NCBI RefSeq assembly: GCF_900182565.1
Contig: NZ_FXTI01000001.1
Location: forward strand, 478,316 to 542,315
Source of the DNA: Melghirimyces algeriensis
GTDB lineage: Bacteria > Bacillota > Bacilli > Thermoactinomycetales > DSM-45169
Reading direction: 5' to 3'
DNA length: 64,000 bases
Under the pieces are notes generated by a model. The model was not told the origin of the DNA and ran no database searches. It saw only the letters and a list, made by a program, of their open reading frames with translations. Position 1 is the stretch's first letter. Every line of letters begins with the position of its first letter. Both the position numbers and the translations under genes were made by a program. Positions 29,212 through 38,206 of this stretch are shown one piece after another.

Positions 29212-30069
29212 ATGAACATAGAATACTGGTATCATTTTATGGAAACCGCACGACAAAAAAGTATATTGAAAGCCAGTGCAAAACTGCAGATGACTCACCC
29301 CGCCTTGAGTAAACAAATACGCGCTTTGGAGCAGTATTATGGGGTTACATTGTTCCGACGCTCTTCAACCGGCGTACAACTGACAGAGGCGGGCAATTGT
29401 TTGTTTCAGAGGTTGGAGGTTTTAATAGCAGAGCATGAAATGCTTCGCACTGATTTGCAAAAATATGCAGCTACAGACCCCAAGCCGATTACTTTAGGAA
29501 CCCTTCCAAGTATTGCGATGTTTCATTTACCAGCGAAGGTATTGCGCCTGCAGGCGAATGGGTTCCGGATGAAAGTGGTGGTGCGTCATACGACAAAAGA
29601 ATTGGTGGAGTTACTGCAAAACGATATACTTCACGCTGTATTGATAGAGAAAACACCGCTTCATAAATCGGTATGGACGACAGAGTTGTTTCGGGAGGTA
29701 TATTACGCGATTTTGCCCACTGATCACCCTTTGTCCTGCCAAAGTGAATTGAGCAAAAAGGAAATGGTTCAGGAACCCTTAGTGGTACACCCGAATGCTT
29801 GCGTGATTCGAAAAACGATCGTTCGACAGTTTGAAAGGTCGGGACTGGTACCCCAGATCGGAAAAGAGATCGATTTTGGAGAGTCTATTCTTGCTTACGT
29901 AGCAGCCGGAGCTGGTATCACCATCATGCCACTGTCCTCCACTGCTGAACAGGTAACAGATCCACGGCTTAAGGTGATACCGCTCATCGATTTCGATGCA
30001 GAACGTGTCATCATTCTTGCTACCCGTTCCTCCTTGGAAGGAAAGCATTTGCTTCGATATCTTAAATAA
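29212..30069 (+). CDS. LysR family transcriptional regulator
   Basis: N-terminal HTH (LKASAKLQMTHPALSKQIRALE) plus a LysR substrate-binding domain. Start is moved to ATG 29212 after GGGGAG. Confidence 0.8.
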   Translation: MNIEYWYHFMETARQKSILKASAKLQMTHPALSKQIRALEQYYGVTLFRRSSTGVQLTEAGNCLFQRLEVLIAEHEMLRTDLQKYAATDPKPITLGTLPSIAMFHLPAKVLRLQANGFRMKVVVRHTTKELVELLQNDILHAVLIEKTPLHKSVWTTELFREVYYAILPTDHPLSCQSELSKKEMVQEPLVVHPNACVIRKTIVRQFERSGLVPQIGKEIDFGESILAYVAAGAGITIMPLSSTAEQVTDPRLKVIPLIDFDAERVIILATRSSLEGKHLLRYLK

Positions 30070-30706
30070 CGTACTCATCCATTCCGAACAGACGATATGA
30101 GACATATGGATAATTGCCGTACCGAATGGCAAGCTCGCGTTCAAATAACGTCATACGCTCGATGGTTCGATTGTTTTCTAAATTTCCACTATCCCATGCT
30201 CTAAAGGGCAAGGGTTTCAGTAAATTTAATACGGTCCGGCGAGCCTCCCCGTCGTCTCCTGTTACGAATATATCGCTTTTTTCCCCCTGATGTAGTGGTT
30301 GCTCCAACACTTGGAAGAATGTGTTTTTAAACGCGCCGACAACAGCTGTATGAGGAAGCATTTTTTGCAACTCTTCGGCGGCTGACTGCCCCCAATCCAG
30401 CGTGAAATCACTGAAATCTTCTGTGAATGGATTGGCGATATCGACAAGGATTCTTCCGGCTAACCTCTTTTCATTTTTTTGCGCCCAAGGAATCAGATCC
30501 CGAAACCAAAAAGAGTGAAAAATGATATCGGCATTTAATGCTTCCCGGTATGAAGACGTCATTACCCCGGTCCATCCTCGCTTGCGACATATCCCTTCGG
30601 CTTTTTCCGGTGTACGGGAAGCCCAGACTAATCCGCTATAGTGTGGTGCAAGCACATTTACCAATCCTTGTCCCATCCGTCCGGTTCCTAAGACACTGAT
30701 ATTCAT
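30062..30706 (-). CDS. NAD(P)-binding oxidoreductase (F420-dependent NADP reductase-like / P5CR-like Rossmann protein)
   Basis: N-terminal GTGRMG dinucleotide-binding motif. Its 3' end is convergent with the LysR gene and overlaps it by 8 nt. Confidence 0.6.
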   Translation of the reverse strand: MNISVLGTGRMGQGLVNVLAPHYSGLVWASRTPEKAEGICRKRGWTGVMTSSYREALNADIIFHSFWFRDLIPWAQKNEKRLAGRILVDIANPFTEDFSDFTLDWGQSAAEELQKMLPHTAVVGAFKNTFFQVLEQPLHQGEKSDIFVTGDDGEARRTVLNLLKPLPFRAWDSGNLENNRTIERMTLFERELAIRYGNYPYVSYRLFGMDEYVI

Positions 30707-30881
30707 CACAAAATCCCTCCTTTGATCTCATCATAGCAACGCAACATCTCGTATGGAAGAACGACATGGTTAGAAGGTTGTAATCTAAAGTTTTACCCTG
30801 ACATTGATTATGTATTGCATTCACTATGAATATATGGCTTTGCACCGAGACATTCGCTTAGGGTCCGGTTTTTATCATTTG

Positions 30882-30910
30882 TTGACAGAATTATTTATCT
30901 GTTTTAAAAT
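30882..30910 (+). promoter_or_regulatory. Consensus SigA promoter TTGACA-17-TAAAAT
   Basis: Perfect -35 element, 17-nt spacer and a TAAAAT -10 element. The next annotated gene, an SPFH protein, is about 520 nt downstream, and the region between them contains tRNA-like sequence. Confidence 0.5.
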
Positions 30911-31032
30911 AATAAAGTTTGTTTCCTACGCAGGAATTTCTGAATAATTCCGCAGTGCTTGGTCCTAGTTGGATTTAAGTATACTGGAAACAAGTGACAC
31001 CATGGCAAGCTGGTGTCTTATAAACCGTGATG

Positions 31033-31120
31033 TCGGAGGTTCGACTCCTCCATCGCCAGCCGGCGATTAGCTCAGTTGGTAGAGCACACGTGATACTGAG
31101 GTTCGATTCCTCAATTGTCT
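31033..31120 (+). pseudogene. tRNA-like relics: a 3' fragment (T-arm + acceptor 3' strand, 31033-31058) directly followed by a truncated tRNA-like sequence (acceptor-D-arm-T-arm without an anticodon arm, 31061-31120)
   Basis: The first piece is GTCGGAGGTTCGACTCCTCCATCGCCA. The second is CGGCGAT-TA-GCTCAGTTGGTAGAGC followed by 10 nt then TGAGGTTCGATTCCTCA. The second piece has no anticodon stem-loop and its 3' acceptor strand does not pair with its 5' end. Confidence 0.3.
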
Positions 31121-31438
31121 AGTGGACAATGCTTGGCAGCTCCTTTGTTTTTTGGGCTTTTTTAGTGGAATCCTCAGTAAATCTGCGGTGGAAAGTATTC
31201 CATCGATTTACACTGAAGGTTCGGCCTCGAAGGTTGGTGGATACCGGGGTGGTTGATTACTTGATCGTCTGAACTGACAGAAGTTTGAATCAATAGAGGA
31301 GAGGGTTTTTTTCTTTTTTGTTTCATCTTCGGGTACAGAAGGCTTGGAAAGACCGTTCCTTAAGCCAAGCTCCGCCGGTTCTTTGGGAGGGTTCCACAAA
31401 AAGCTTCATTGATTTTACGTTAGGAATGAGGAAATGAT

Positions 31439-32563
31439 ATGATACATATTCGAAATGACCAGCGCGGCTTGCTGTTTAAACGGGGAAACTATGTGAAGCA
31501 TTTGAAACCGGGAAAACACTTTTCTCCTTTGATCAAAAACAGTCCTTTCAGCAGTTATCAGGTCATTGTGATGGATGTTCACCAGCCGTTTTTCCACCCC
31601 GATTATCCACTCCATATGTTTCTACATGATGAGGAGTTGCTCAAAGAACTGACCATCCTTGATGTAAAAGACCATGAGCTCGCTCTTCATTTTGAGGATG
31701 GGAAGTTTACCGAGGTCTATACATCAGGTACATACGCTTTTTGGAATATATACAAGAAGCATACATTTACTGTTGTGGATAAAAGAAAACCGGCGGTTTC
31801 AGAGGAAATTGACTGTTCCATCTTTTCCGATCCTGAATTGAGGAATTTTTTGAAAGAGGTTCATGTAGGAACACATGAACGGGGAATTCTTTATTACAAC
31901 CATCAATTCCAGGAAGAATTGAAGCCAGGGAATTACTATTTCTGGAAGGGTCCTGTAACCGTCGATGTTCAGATGGTTGATATGCGACAACAACAATTGG
32001 ATATGACGGGACAGGAAATGATGACCGCCGATAAAGTTACCCTTCGGCTCAACTTTGTCTGTCAGTATCAGGTGGTTAACCCACGAAGGGTATTGGAAGT
32101 GCGATCATTTGACCAACAGGTGTATATTTATCTGCAATTGGTATTGAGAGAGCACATTGGAGCCTTTCGACTGGATGATCTGTTAAAACAGAAACAGAAG
32201 GTCGGTTCCCTTGTGCTTCAACGATTGAAAGAGAAGGAAGATGACTTTGGCGTTCGCTTTATGGATGCAGGGGTGAAAGACATTATACTGCCCGGTGATG
32301 TCAAGGAAATCCTGAATACGGTTCTCATTGCGGAAAAGAAGGCTCAAGCCAACATTATCACCCGACGGGAGGAGACCGCGTCAACGCGAAGTCTTTTAAA
32401 TACGGCCAAACTGATGGATCAAAACCAGACCTTATATCGGCTGAAAGAGTTGGAATTTATGGAGCGGATCTGTGAAAAGATCGGCACGATTTCCATTTCC
32501 GGGGGCGGAAATCTCTTGGAACAGTTAAACTCTCTTCTTCTTCGGGAACATCAAAAAAAGTAA
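31439..32563 (+). CDS. SPFH/band-7 domain protein
   Basis: The C-terminal half has canonical SPFH motifs (RFMDAGVKDIILPGDVKEILNTVLIAEKKAQANIITRREETAS). No N-terminal TM helix. Confidence 0.65.
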   Translation: MIHIRNDQRGLLFKRGNYVKHLKPGKHFSPLIKNSPFSSYQVIVMDVHQPFFHPDYPLHMFLHDEELLKELTILDVKDHELALHFEDGKFTEVYTSGTYAFWNIYKKHTFTVVDKRKPAVSEEIDCSIFSDPELRNFLKEVHVGTHERGILYYNHQFQEELKPGNYYFWKGPVTVDVQMVDMRQQQLDMTGQEMMTADKVTLRLNFVCQYQVVNPRRVLEVRSFDQQVYIYLQLVLREHIGAFRLDDLLKQKQKVGSLVLQRLKEKEDDFGVRFMDAGVKDIILPGDVKEILNTVLIAEKKAQANIITRREETASTRSLLNTAKLMDQNQTLYRLKELEFMERICEKIGTISISGGGNLLEQLNSLLLREHQKK

Positions 32564-32830
32564 ACCGTAAAGGGAAAGCTTTCAGGTGATTACCAAGTGG
32601 CGTCAAAGTTCCAGCTTCCGCTTTTGTTTGCCTGTCTTCATTTTAAGTTTGGATGTGTATTGGAATCCTTGACCATATACATCCTGTTTTTATGGCTTTC
32701 CTATAGTAAACTCCAGGGGATCATATAAAACAGACTGGATTTCTTCTGTTTTGAAGCCGTACTTGATAATTGGAATAATTTCCTTCCCCCTGTTCACAAT
32801 AAGGGTATGATGAATAGGAGGGAAGCCTTG

Positions 32831-34003
32831 ATGCGATGGCGTGTATGTATATGGGCTGTCATGCTTTGTTTGCCTTTTTCTGTGCTGTCTAAGCCGGCTT
32901 GGGCATCAGAAGGTGGTTTGGCTCCTGAAGCCAAGTCGGCGATTCTGATGGATATGGACACGGGAACCGTTCTATATGAAAAAAACAGCAATGAAAAACT
33001 CCCGCCTGCCAGTATTACCAAGATTATGACCATGCTGTTGGTTATGGAGGCCTTGGAACAAGGAAAAATTTCCTATCATGATAAGGTACGAGTAAGTGAA
33101 AGAGCCGCATCGATGGGAGGCTCTCAAGTGTACTTGGAGCCGGGAGAAGTGATGAATTTGCGGGATATGTTGAAAGCCGTTGCAGTGGGAAGCGCCAATG
33201 ATGCTTCGGTTGCTTTGGCAGAACATATTGCCGGAACAGAGGAAGATTTTGTTCAAATGATGAATCGTCGGGCAGAAAAACTTGGAATGAAAAATACCCG
33301 ATTTCAAAACCCCAATGGGCTCCCGGCCGATGACCATTATACGACGGCCGGAGATATAGCCATCATGTCCAGGGAATTATTGAAACACCCTGAAATCACA
33401 AGGTTTACTCGTATTTATGAGGATCATTTAAGAAAGGAAAGTGAAAATCCCTTTTGGTTGGTCAACACCAACCGCCTGGTTAAGTTTTATAAAGGGATGG
33501 ATGGTTTGAAAACGGGGTTTACGGCTAAAGCCAAATATTGTTTATCTGCTACAGCAAAACGAGGAAATCTCCGCGTGATCGCTGTTGTTATGGGAGAACC
33601 GGATGCAAAAGCAAGGAACCGTGAGATCACCAGGATGATAGATTATGCCTTTAATCGGTATACCAATCATGTAATCTATCGACAGGGACAACCGATCAGT
33701 CAGTTGCCTGTGGATAAAGGGAAGAAACCGATCATCACGGTACGTTCTCCTCAACAGTTCAGTGTTTTGGTCCCAAGAGGTGAAAATACGGCGGACTATC
33801 AATCTGAGATTGAATGGAAACGACTGGTTTCTCCGGTGAAGAAGGGGGATGAAATCGGGAAAATCAAGGTGATTAAAGACGGAGAGACAGTGTCGGAAAT
33901 GCGTTTGATTTCCGATGAGGATATTCCCAAAGCGGGGTTATGGTTACTGATTAAGCGGACAACCCGGAATATGTTCTTTCTGCCGGAGGAAAAAGCCGTA
34001 TAA
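32831..34003 (+). CDS. dacF: Sporulation-specific D-alanyl-D-alanine carboxypeptidase (S11)
   Basis: Signal peptide, SITK and SGN motifs, and a position upstream of spoIIAA-spoIIAB-sigF as in B. subtilis. Start is moved to ATG 32831 after AGGAGGGAAG. Confidence 0.8.
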   Translation: MRWRVCIWAVMLCLPFSVLSKPAWASEGGLAPEAKSAILMDMDTGTVLYEKNSNEKLPPASITKIMTMLLVMEALEQGKISYHDKVRVSERAASMGGSQVYLEPGEVMNLRDMLKAVAVGSANDASVALAEHIAGTEEDFVQMMNRRAEKLGMKNTRFQNPNGLPADDHYTTAGDIAIMSRELLKHPEITRFTRIYEDHLRKESENPFWLVNTNRLVKFYKGMDGLKTGFTAKAKYCLSATAKRGNLRVIAVVMGEPDAKARNREITRMIDYAFNRYTNHVIYRQGQPISQLPVDKGKKPIITVRSPQQFSVLVPRGENTADYQSEIEWKRLVSPVKKGDEIGKIKVIKDGETVSEMRLISDEDIPKAGLWLLIKRTTRNMFFLPEEKAV

Positions 34004-34018
34004 TTTGCAGACGATACA

Positions 34019-34062
34019 CTGGAAAGGCCCATGCCGGCTTTTCCAGTTTTCTTCTTCTTTTA
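34019..34062 (+). terminator. Intrinsic terminator after dacF (CTGGAAAGGCC...GGCTTTTCCAG + T-rich)
   Basis: Roughly 10-bp stem followed by TTTTCTTCTTCTTTT. Confidence 0.5.
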
Positions 34063-34141
34063 CCAAAAAGAAGGAAGAGGCTTTCGTGTTGTAGAACTTT
34101 AAAACAAACCGGATTTTTCAGTCCAACAGAGGTGAGTTGAA

Positions 34142-34495
34142 ATGAGTTTACATGTAGATGTTTCCCATTACCATAATGTTCTTTTGGTTCGTCTGTCCGG
34201 TGAATTGGATCATCATACAGCGACAGATGTAAGGGAACGGATTGACCGCGAATTGTCCAAAGGGATCTATGCTCATTTGGTATTAAACCTCTCAGATCTC
34301 ACCTTCATGGACAGTTCCGGTCTGGGAGTGATACTTGGGCGGTACCGTCAGGTGACACAGATGGGTGGGAAGATGGTTCTTTGTTCCGTGCAACCATCTG
34401 TTTACCGTTTGTTTGAGCTGTCAGGCATGCTTAAAATTTTGCCGTTTTGTGAAGATGAGCAAAGAGCGCTTCATGTTTGCGGGGTGGCTTCATGA
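34142..34495 (+). CDS. spoIIAA: Anti-sigma-F factor antagonist (STAS domain)
   Basis: STAS domain with the phosphorylatable Ser motif ([12 protein letters not shown]). Confidence 0.85.
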   Translation: MSLHVDVSHYHNVLLVRLSGELDHHTATDVRERIDRELSKGIYAHLVLNLSDLTFMDSSGLGVILGRYRQVTQMGGKMVLCSVQPSVYRLFELSGMLKILPFCEDEQRALHVCGVAS

Positions 34496-34947
34496 TGAGT
34501 GTACATAATAACTTTATGGAACTGAAATTTTCCAGTCAGTCAGAAAATGAATCCTTTGCGCGGGTTGCTGTGGCTTCTTTTATATCCCAGCTTGATCCGA
34601 CCGTAGATGAATTGACGGATATTAAAACCGTCGTTTCAGAAGCGGTTACCAATGCGGTGATACATGGTTATGAAGAAAGACCGGATGGGATTATCACGAT
34701 TCGGACAGAGATTCGCGGGAGTCAAGTAAGCATTGTTGTGGAAGATGAGGGAATAGGTATTTCCAATGTTGAGGAAGCCCGTCAACCGCTGTACACTTCC
34801 AAACCACAAATGGAACGATCAGGTATGGGGTTTACAATTATGGAAAATTTCATGGATCAAGTGGAGATTCTTTCTTCGGAGGGGAAAGGGACTCAGGTTC
34901 GCTTGGTCAAAGATTTAAAAACACACCGACAGACCATAGGAAACTGA
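34492..34947 (+). CDS. spoIIAB: Anti-sigma-F factor (GHKL-type Ser kinase)
   Basis: Very similar to B. subtilis SpoIIAB ([43 protein letters not shown]). The start overlaps the spoIIAA stop (ATGATGA). Confidence 0.85.
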   Translation: MMSVHNNFMELKFSSQSENESFARVAVASFISQLDPTVDELTDIKTVVSEAVTNAVIHGYEERPDGIITIRTEIRGSQVSIVVEDEGIGISNVEEARQPLYTSKPQMERSGMGFTIMENFMDQVEILSSEGKGTQVRLVKDLKTHRQTIGN

Positions 34948-34956
34948 GGGTTGCCC

Positions 34957-35727
34957 ATGGAATCCGATGTGCGCAATTCCAGACACAAACATTTGTCTGA
35001 TAAGGAAGTTAAGGAGCTAATTGAGAAGAGTCAAAAAGGGGACGTCGCTTCCCGCGATCGATTGGTTAATCATAATATTCGCCTGGTTTGGTCGGTTGTA
35101 CAACGTTTTCTGAATCGGGGTTACGAGGCGGAGGATCTTTTTCAGATTGGTTGTATCGGGCTGTTAAAGGCAGTGGACAAATTTGATTTAACCTATGATG
35201 TTAAATTTTCCACTTATGCGGTTCCAATGATTATTGGAGAAATTCAGCGATTTCTCAGGGATGATGGAGTTATGAAAGTGAGTCGTTCCCTGAAAGAACT
35301 GTCCAATCGAATTCGCAAAAGCAAAGATGAACTTACCAAAATGTTGGGTCGGAGTCCCACCGTATACGAGTTGGCGGAAGAGATGGATGTTCCGGTGGAA
35401 GAAATTATCTTTGCGCAAGAAGCGAATCGTGCTCCTACATCCATTCATGAGACGGTATATGAAAATGATGGGGACCCGATTACCTTGATGGATCAGATTG
35501 CGGATCGTTCGGAAGAGAGTTGGTTTGATAAAATTGCTTTAAATGAAGCGATTAACCAATTGAGCGAGCGTGAAAAATTGATTGTCTACCTTCGTTTTTT
35601 TAAAGATCAAACCCAATCAGAGGTTGCTGAGCGTTTGCAGATTTCACAGGTTCAGGTTTCCCGGTTGGAAAAGAAGATAATTCGTCGGATGAGAAGCTCC
35701 ATCGACGAATATGAAAACGACCGTTGA
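34957..35727 (+). CDS. sigF: RNA polymerase sporulation sigma factor F
   Basis: Regions 2-4 are nearly identical to B. subtilis SigF (MRLVWSVVQRFLNRGYE...DLFQIGCIGLLK). ATG 34957 after GAGGG. Confidence 0.9.
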   Translation: MESDVRNSRHKHLSDKEVKELIEKSQKGDVASRDRLVNHNIRLVWSVVQRFLNRGYEAEDLFQIGCIGLLKAVDKFDLTYDVKFSTYAVPMIIGEIQRFLRDDGVMKVSRSLKELSNRIRKSKDELTKMLGRSPTVYELAEEMDVPVEEIIFAQEANRAPTSIHETVYENDGDPITLMDQIADRSEESWFDKIALNEAINQLSEREKLIVYLRFFKDQTQSEVAERLQISQVQVSRLEKKIIRRMRSSIDEYENDR

Positions 35728-35786
35728 TGTCTTCCTCCTCTGTTCTGCGTTGGAGTAAAAGAAATAAAGACAAAATGATATCCTTT

Positions 35787-35813
35787 AGCTCTCCTTCAGG
35801 AGAGCCTTTTTTG
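35787..35813 (+). terminator. Intrinsic terminator AGCTCTCC-TTCA-GGAGAGC + T6
   Basis: Perfect stem followed by CTTTTTTG, downstream of sigF. Confidence 0.65.
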
Positions 35814-35875
35814 CATGGTTGATGCAATGGTATCGCATACTAGGAAGGGCAGGGCTTGTTGAAGGAGGATGATCA

Positions 35876-36499
35876 ATGGCTACCAAGCAAATATTTCTTC
35901 AAATGAGGAAAAGAATACAGATACGGCCGGGTCAAAACCTCCGGGTAAAGGATGTAGCGGATATATTGGCTGAAAACAAGGAGGAAATAGAAAATCTTCC
36001 CATTAACCGATTTGGGAAACATGAAGGAAAGTTGGCTGTTGTGGAATTAATGGATGTTCTCCAGGTGATTCAGAGAGCCGGGTGTCCTGCCGATATACGT
36101 ACAATCGGTCCTCCGCAAACATTAGTGGAGTTTAAAACACCTGCACCTATTCCTGGTTGGCTGGCTGTTGCCGGAGTTTGGTCCATTTTGTTTGTGGGGT
36201 CAGGACTGGCCATTATGAATTTCCATACGGATGTCAGTATGAAGGAAGTTCATGAACGGATATTTTATCTGATGACGGGTGTAAAAAAGTCAAAGCCGCT
36301 GATTTTGCAAATCCCCTATTCTTTTGGGATTGGTCTAGGTATGGTTCTTTTTTTTAACCATGTTTTTCGCAAAAAATTTAATGATGAACCGACTCCTCTT
36401 GAACTGGAAGTATTTTTATATCAGGAAAACATTGATCAATATGTGATTGATCATGAAAAGTCACAGAAACGGAGAGATTCAGGTGGCCCTTCTGGATAG
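35876..36499 (+). CDS. spoVAA: Stage V sporulation protein AA
   Basis: Position immediately after sigF, SpoVAA-like length and a C-terminal TM segment. The RBS is GAAGGAGG. Confidence 0.65.
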   Translation: MATKQIFLQMRKRIQIRPGQNLRVKDVADILAENKEEIENLPINRFGKHEGKLAVVELMDVLQVIQRAGCPADIRTIGPPQTLVEFKTPAPIPGWLAVAGVWSILFVGSGLAIMNFHTDVSMKEVHERIFYLMTGVKKSKPLILQIPYSFGIGLGMVLFFNHVFRKKFNDEPTPLELEVFLYQENIDQYVIDHEKSQKRRDSGGPSG

Positions 36500-36908
36500 C
36501 CTGCTTTTGGTCATGATTGGATTGGCAGGGGGAATCGCAGTCGGCAGTGGTCTGGTGGCTTTTCTGACCGTATTGGATATTGTACCGCGATTAACGGTTC
36601 TGACTCAAACCCGTCGACAGATCCACTGGTATGAATGGGCTTTTGTTCTGGGGGCTCTGTTGTATACATGGGCTGACTTTGGGGAATGGGTTGCTTTTTT
36701 CTCCCCTGTATCCACAGCCATTGTGGGGTTTCTTTCCGGTATTTTTACGGGATTGTTAGCTGCTGCTTTAACTGAGGTGATTAATGTTCTGCCGATTCTT
36801 GCGAAACGAATTCGTATGGAGTCCCGAATTCTTTGGCTGTTAATGGCTATGGTGATGGGAAAAGTGGTTGGTTCTTTGTTTCAATGGCTTATCTTTATTA
36901 CGGATTAA
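36483..36908 (+). CDS. spoVAB: Stage V sporulation protein AB
   Basis: 141-aa membrane protein (TEVINVLPILAKR) matching the SpoVAB length. GTG start after GGAGAG. Confidence 0.65.
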   Translation: MALLDSLLLVMIGLAGGIAVGSGLVAFLTVLDIVPRLTVLTQTRRQIHWYEWAFVLGALLYTWADFGEWVAFFSPVSTAIVGFLSGIFTGLLAAALTEVINVLPILAKRIRMESRILWLLMAMVMGKVVGSLFQWLIFITD

Positions 36909-36934
36909 CGATGAATCATAAGGAGTGAGGAAAT

Positions 36935-37288
36935 ATGGGTTCTGTTTGGTCTGCATTTCTGGTGGGAGGTTTAATCTGTGTAATCGGTCAATTGCTGATG
37001 GATCTAACAGCGATGACACCAGCGCATGTTTTGAGTACCTTGGTGGTGGGTGGAGCTGTATTTGATGGACTGGGGCTATATGAGCCTTTGATTAAATTTG
37101 CCGGAGCCGGCGCTACAGTCCCGATTACCAGTTTTGGAAATTCATTGGTTCATGGGGCTTTGTCCGAAGCAAAGTCAAGTGGGTTAATCGGGGTTCTTTC
37201 TGGAATATTTGAGGTGACCAGTGCAGGTATATCTGCAGCGATTATATTTGGATTTCTGACAGCTCTGGTATTTCGTCCTAAGGGTTGA
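36935..37288 (+). CDS. spoVAEB: Stage V sporulation protein AEB (SpoVAC/AEB family, short form)
   Basis: 117 aa with the motifs FLVGGLICVIGQLLMD and FAGAGATVPITSFGNS and no N-terminal extension, which marks it as AEB rather than AC. Confidence 0.6.
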   Translation: MGSVWSAFLVGGLICVIGQLLMDLTAMTPAHVLSTLVVGGAVFDGLGLYEPLIKFAGAGATVPITSFGNSLVHGALSEAKSSGLIGVLSGIFEVTSAGISAAIIFGFLTALVFRPKG

Positions 37289-37293
37289 ATCCG

Positions 37294-37857
37294 GTGAGGA
37301 AACGAAAAGTGATCTTAATTACGGACGGAGATCGGTTGGCCAAAGAAACAGTGGAAGAGGTGGCACGGTACATAGGTGGCCGGTGTATATCCGCTTCCGC
37401 CGGAAATCCGACTCCCATAAACGGGGAAGAGCTGGTAAAACTGATTCAGCAAGCGCCAAACGATCCGGTGCTTGTTATGTTTGATGACTGTGGATCGATA
37501 CGAAAGGGGAGAGGCGAACAGGCTTTGGAATACGTCATAAACCACAGAAATGTGGAAGTATTGGGCGTTGTAGCAGTCGCTTCCAACAGCCCGAATGTAG
37601 CTGGAACTCCAGTTCATATTGCCCTTGATCGAAATGGAAATATGGTTGAACATCAAGTGGACAAAAACGGGATGGAAGTTGATGGTGCCCCTCTGCGGAT
37701 ATTCGGAGACACAGTGGATGTTCTTAACGCTTATCAACTTCCGTTGGTGGTGGGAATAGGGGATATAGGAAAGATGGATCACTATGATGATCCGCTCTGG
37801 GGAGCCCCTGTGACCAAAAAAGCGGTACAACTCATCCTGGATAACGCTGGATACTAA
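37294..37857 (+). CDS. spoVAEA: Stage V sporulation protein AEA
   Basis: ILITDGD...GGRCIS...LVMFDDCG matches SpoVAEA. GTG 37294 is preferred over the track start at 37285. Confidence 0.6.
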   Translation: MRKRKVILITDGDRLAKETVEEVARYIGGRCISASAGNPTPINGEELVKLIQQAPNDPVLVMFDDCGSIRKGRGEQALEYVINHRNVEVLGVVAVASNSPNVAGTPVHIALDRNGNMVEHQVDKNGMEVDGAPLRIFGDTVDVLNAYQLPLVVGIGDIGKMDHYDDPLWGAPVTKKAVQLILDNAGY

Positions 37858-37886
37858 GTTTGGAAACCTCTTCCCTTGGCAGAGAG

Positions 37887-37915
37887 TTGAGGAATGTGGT
37901 AGTCTGATTTAAACT
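37887..37915 (+). promoter_or_regulatory. Candidate SigA promoter TTGAGG-17-TAAACT for the lysA leader
   Basis: About 40 nt upstream of the riboswitch 5' end. Confidence 0.3.
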
Positions 37916-37952
37916 TATATGTGCTCTGTAGGGAATGTTCCATTGTTTTCCT

Positions 37953-38178
37953 GTGAGTAGAGGTGCGGTCCGCATGAATACCTTCCTGGAGAATCGGCAT
38001 CGAAGAAAGGTTGGGAAAGGGCGTTTCGCCGAAGTAGGAGGGGGTGCCGAAACCCCTCTTGCTGGTCGATTTGCTGAATAAGGAGTCGACTGTCGCGGCT
38101 CTGTCGCGGAGTGCTACATGAGGAGGACTGTTCTGAATGAAAAGCAACAGACGTCTTCGTCCGTTGCTTTTTCTGTTT
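37953..38178 (+). ncRNA. Lysine riboswitch (L-box) with a terminator expression platform
   Basis: Conserved L-box elements are present: GTAGAGGTGCGG, CTGGAGA, GAAAGGGCG, TCGCCGAAGTAGGAGGGG and TGCTGGTCG. They are followed by the hairpin AAAGCAACAGACG-TCTT-CGTCCGTTGCTTTTTCTGTTTTG directly before the lysA RBS. Confidence 0.7.
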
Positions 38179-38206
38179 TGAAGAAACGTTGAGAGGGGTG
38201 CCCAGT

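Noticed and set aside
30900-31170. tmRNA, SRP RNA (scRNA), 6S RNA or RNase P RNA as the identity of the promoter-driven tRNA-like region
   Set aside because: The region is too short for tmRNA and has no tag-ORF region. It lacks the conserved SRP domain IV motif GGUCCGGAAGGAAGCAGC and matches no remembered B. subtilis sequences for these RNAs.
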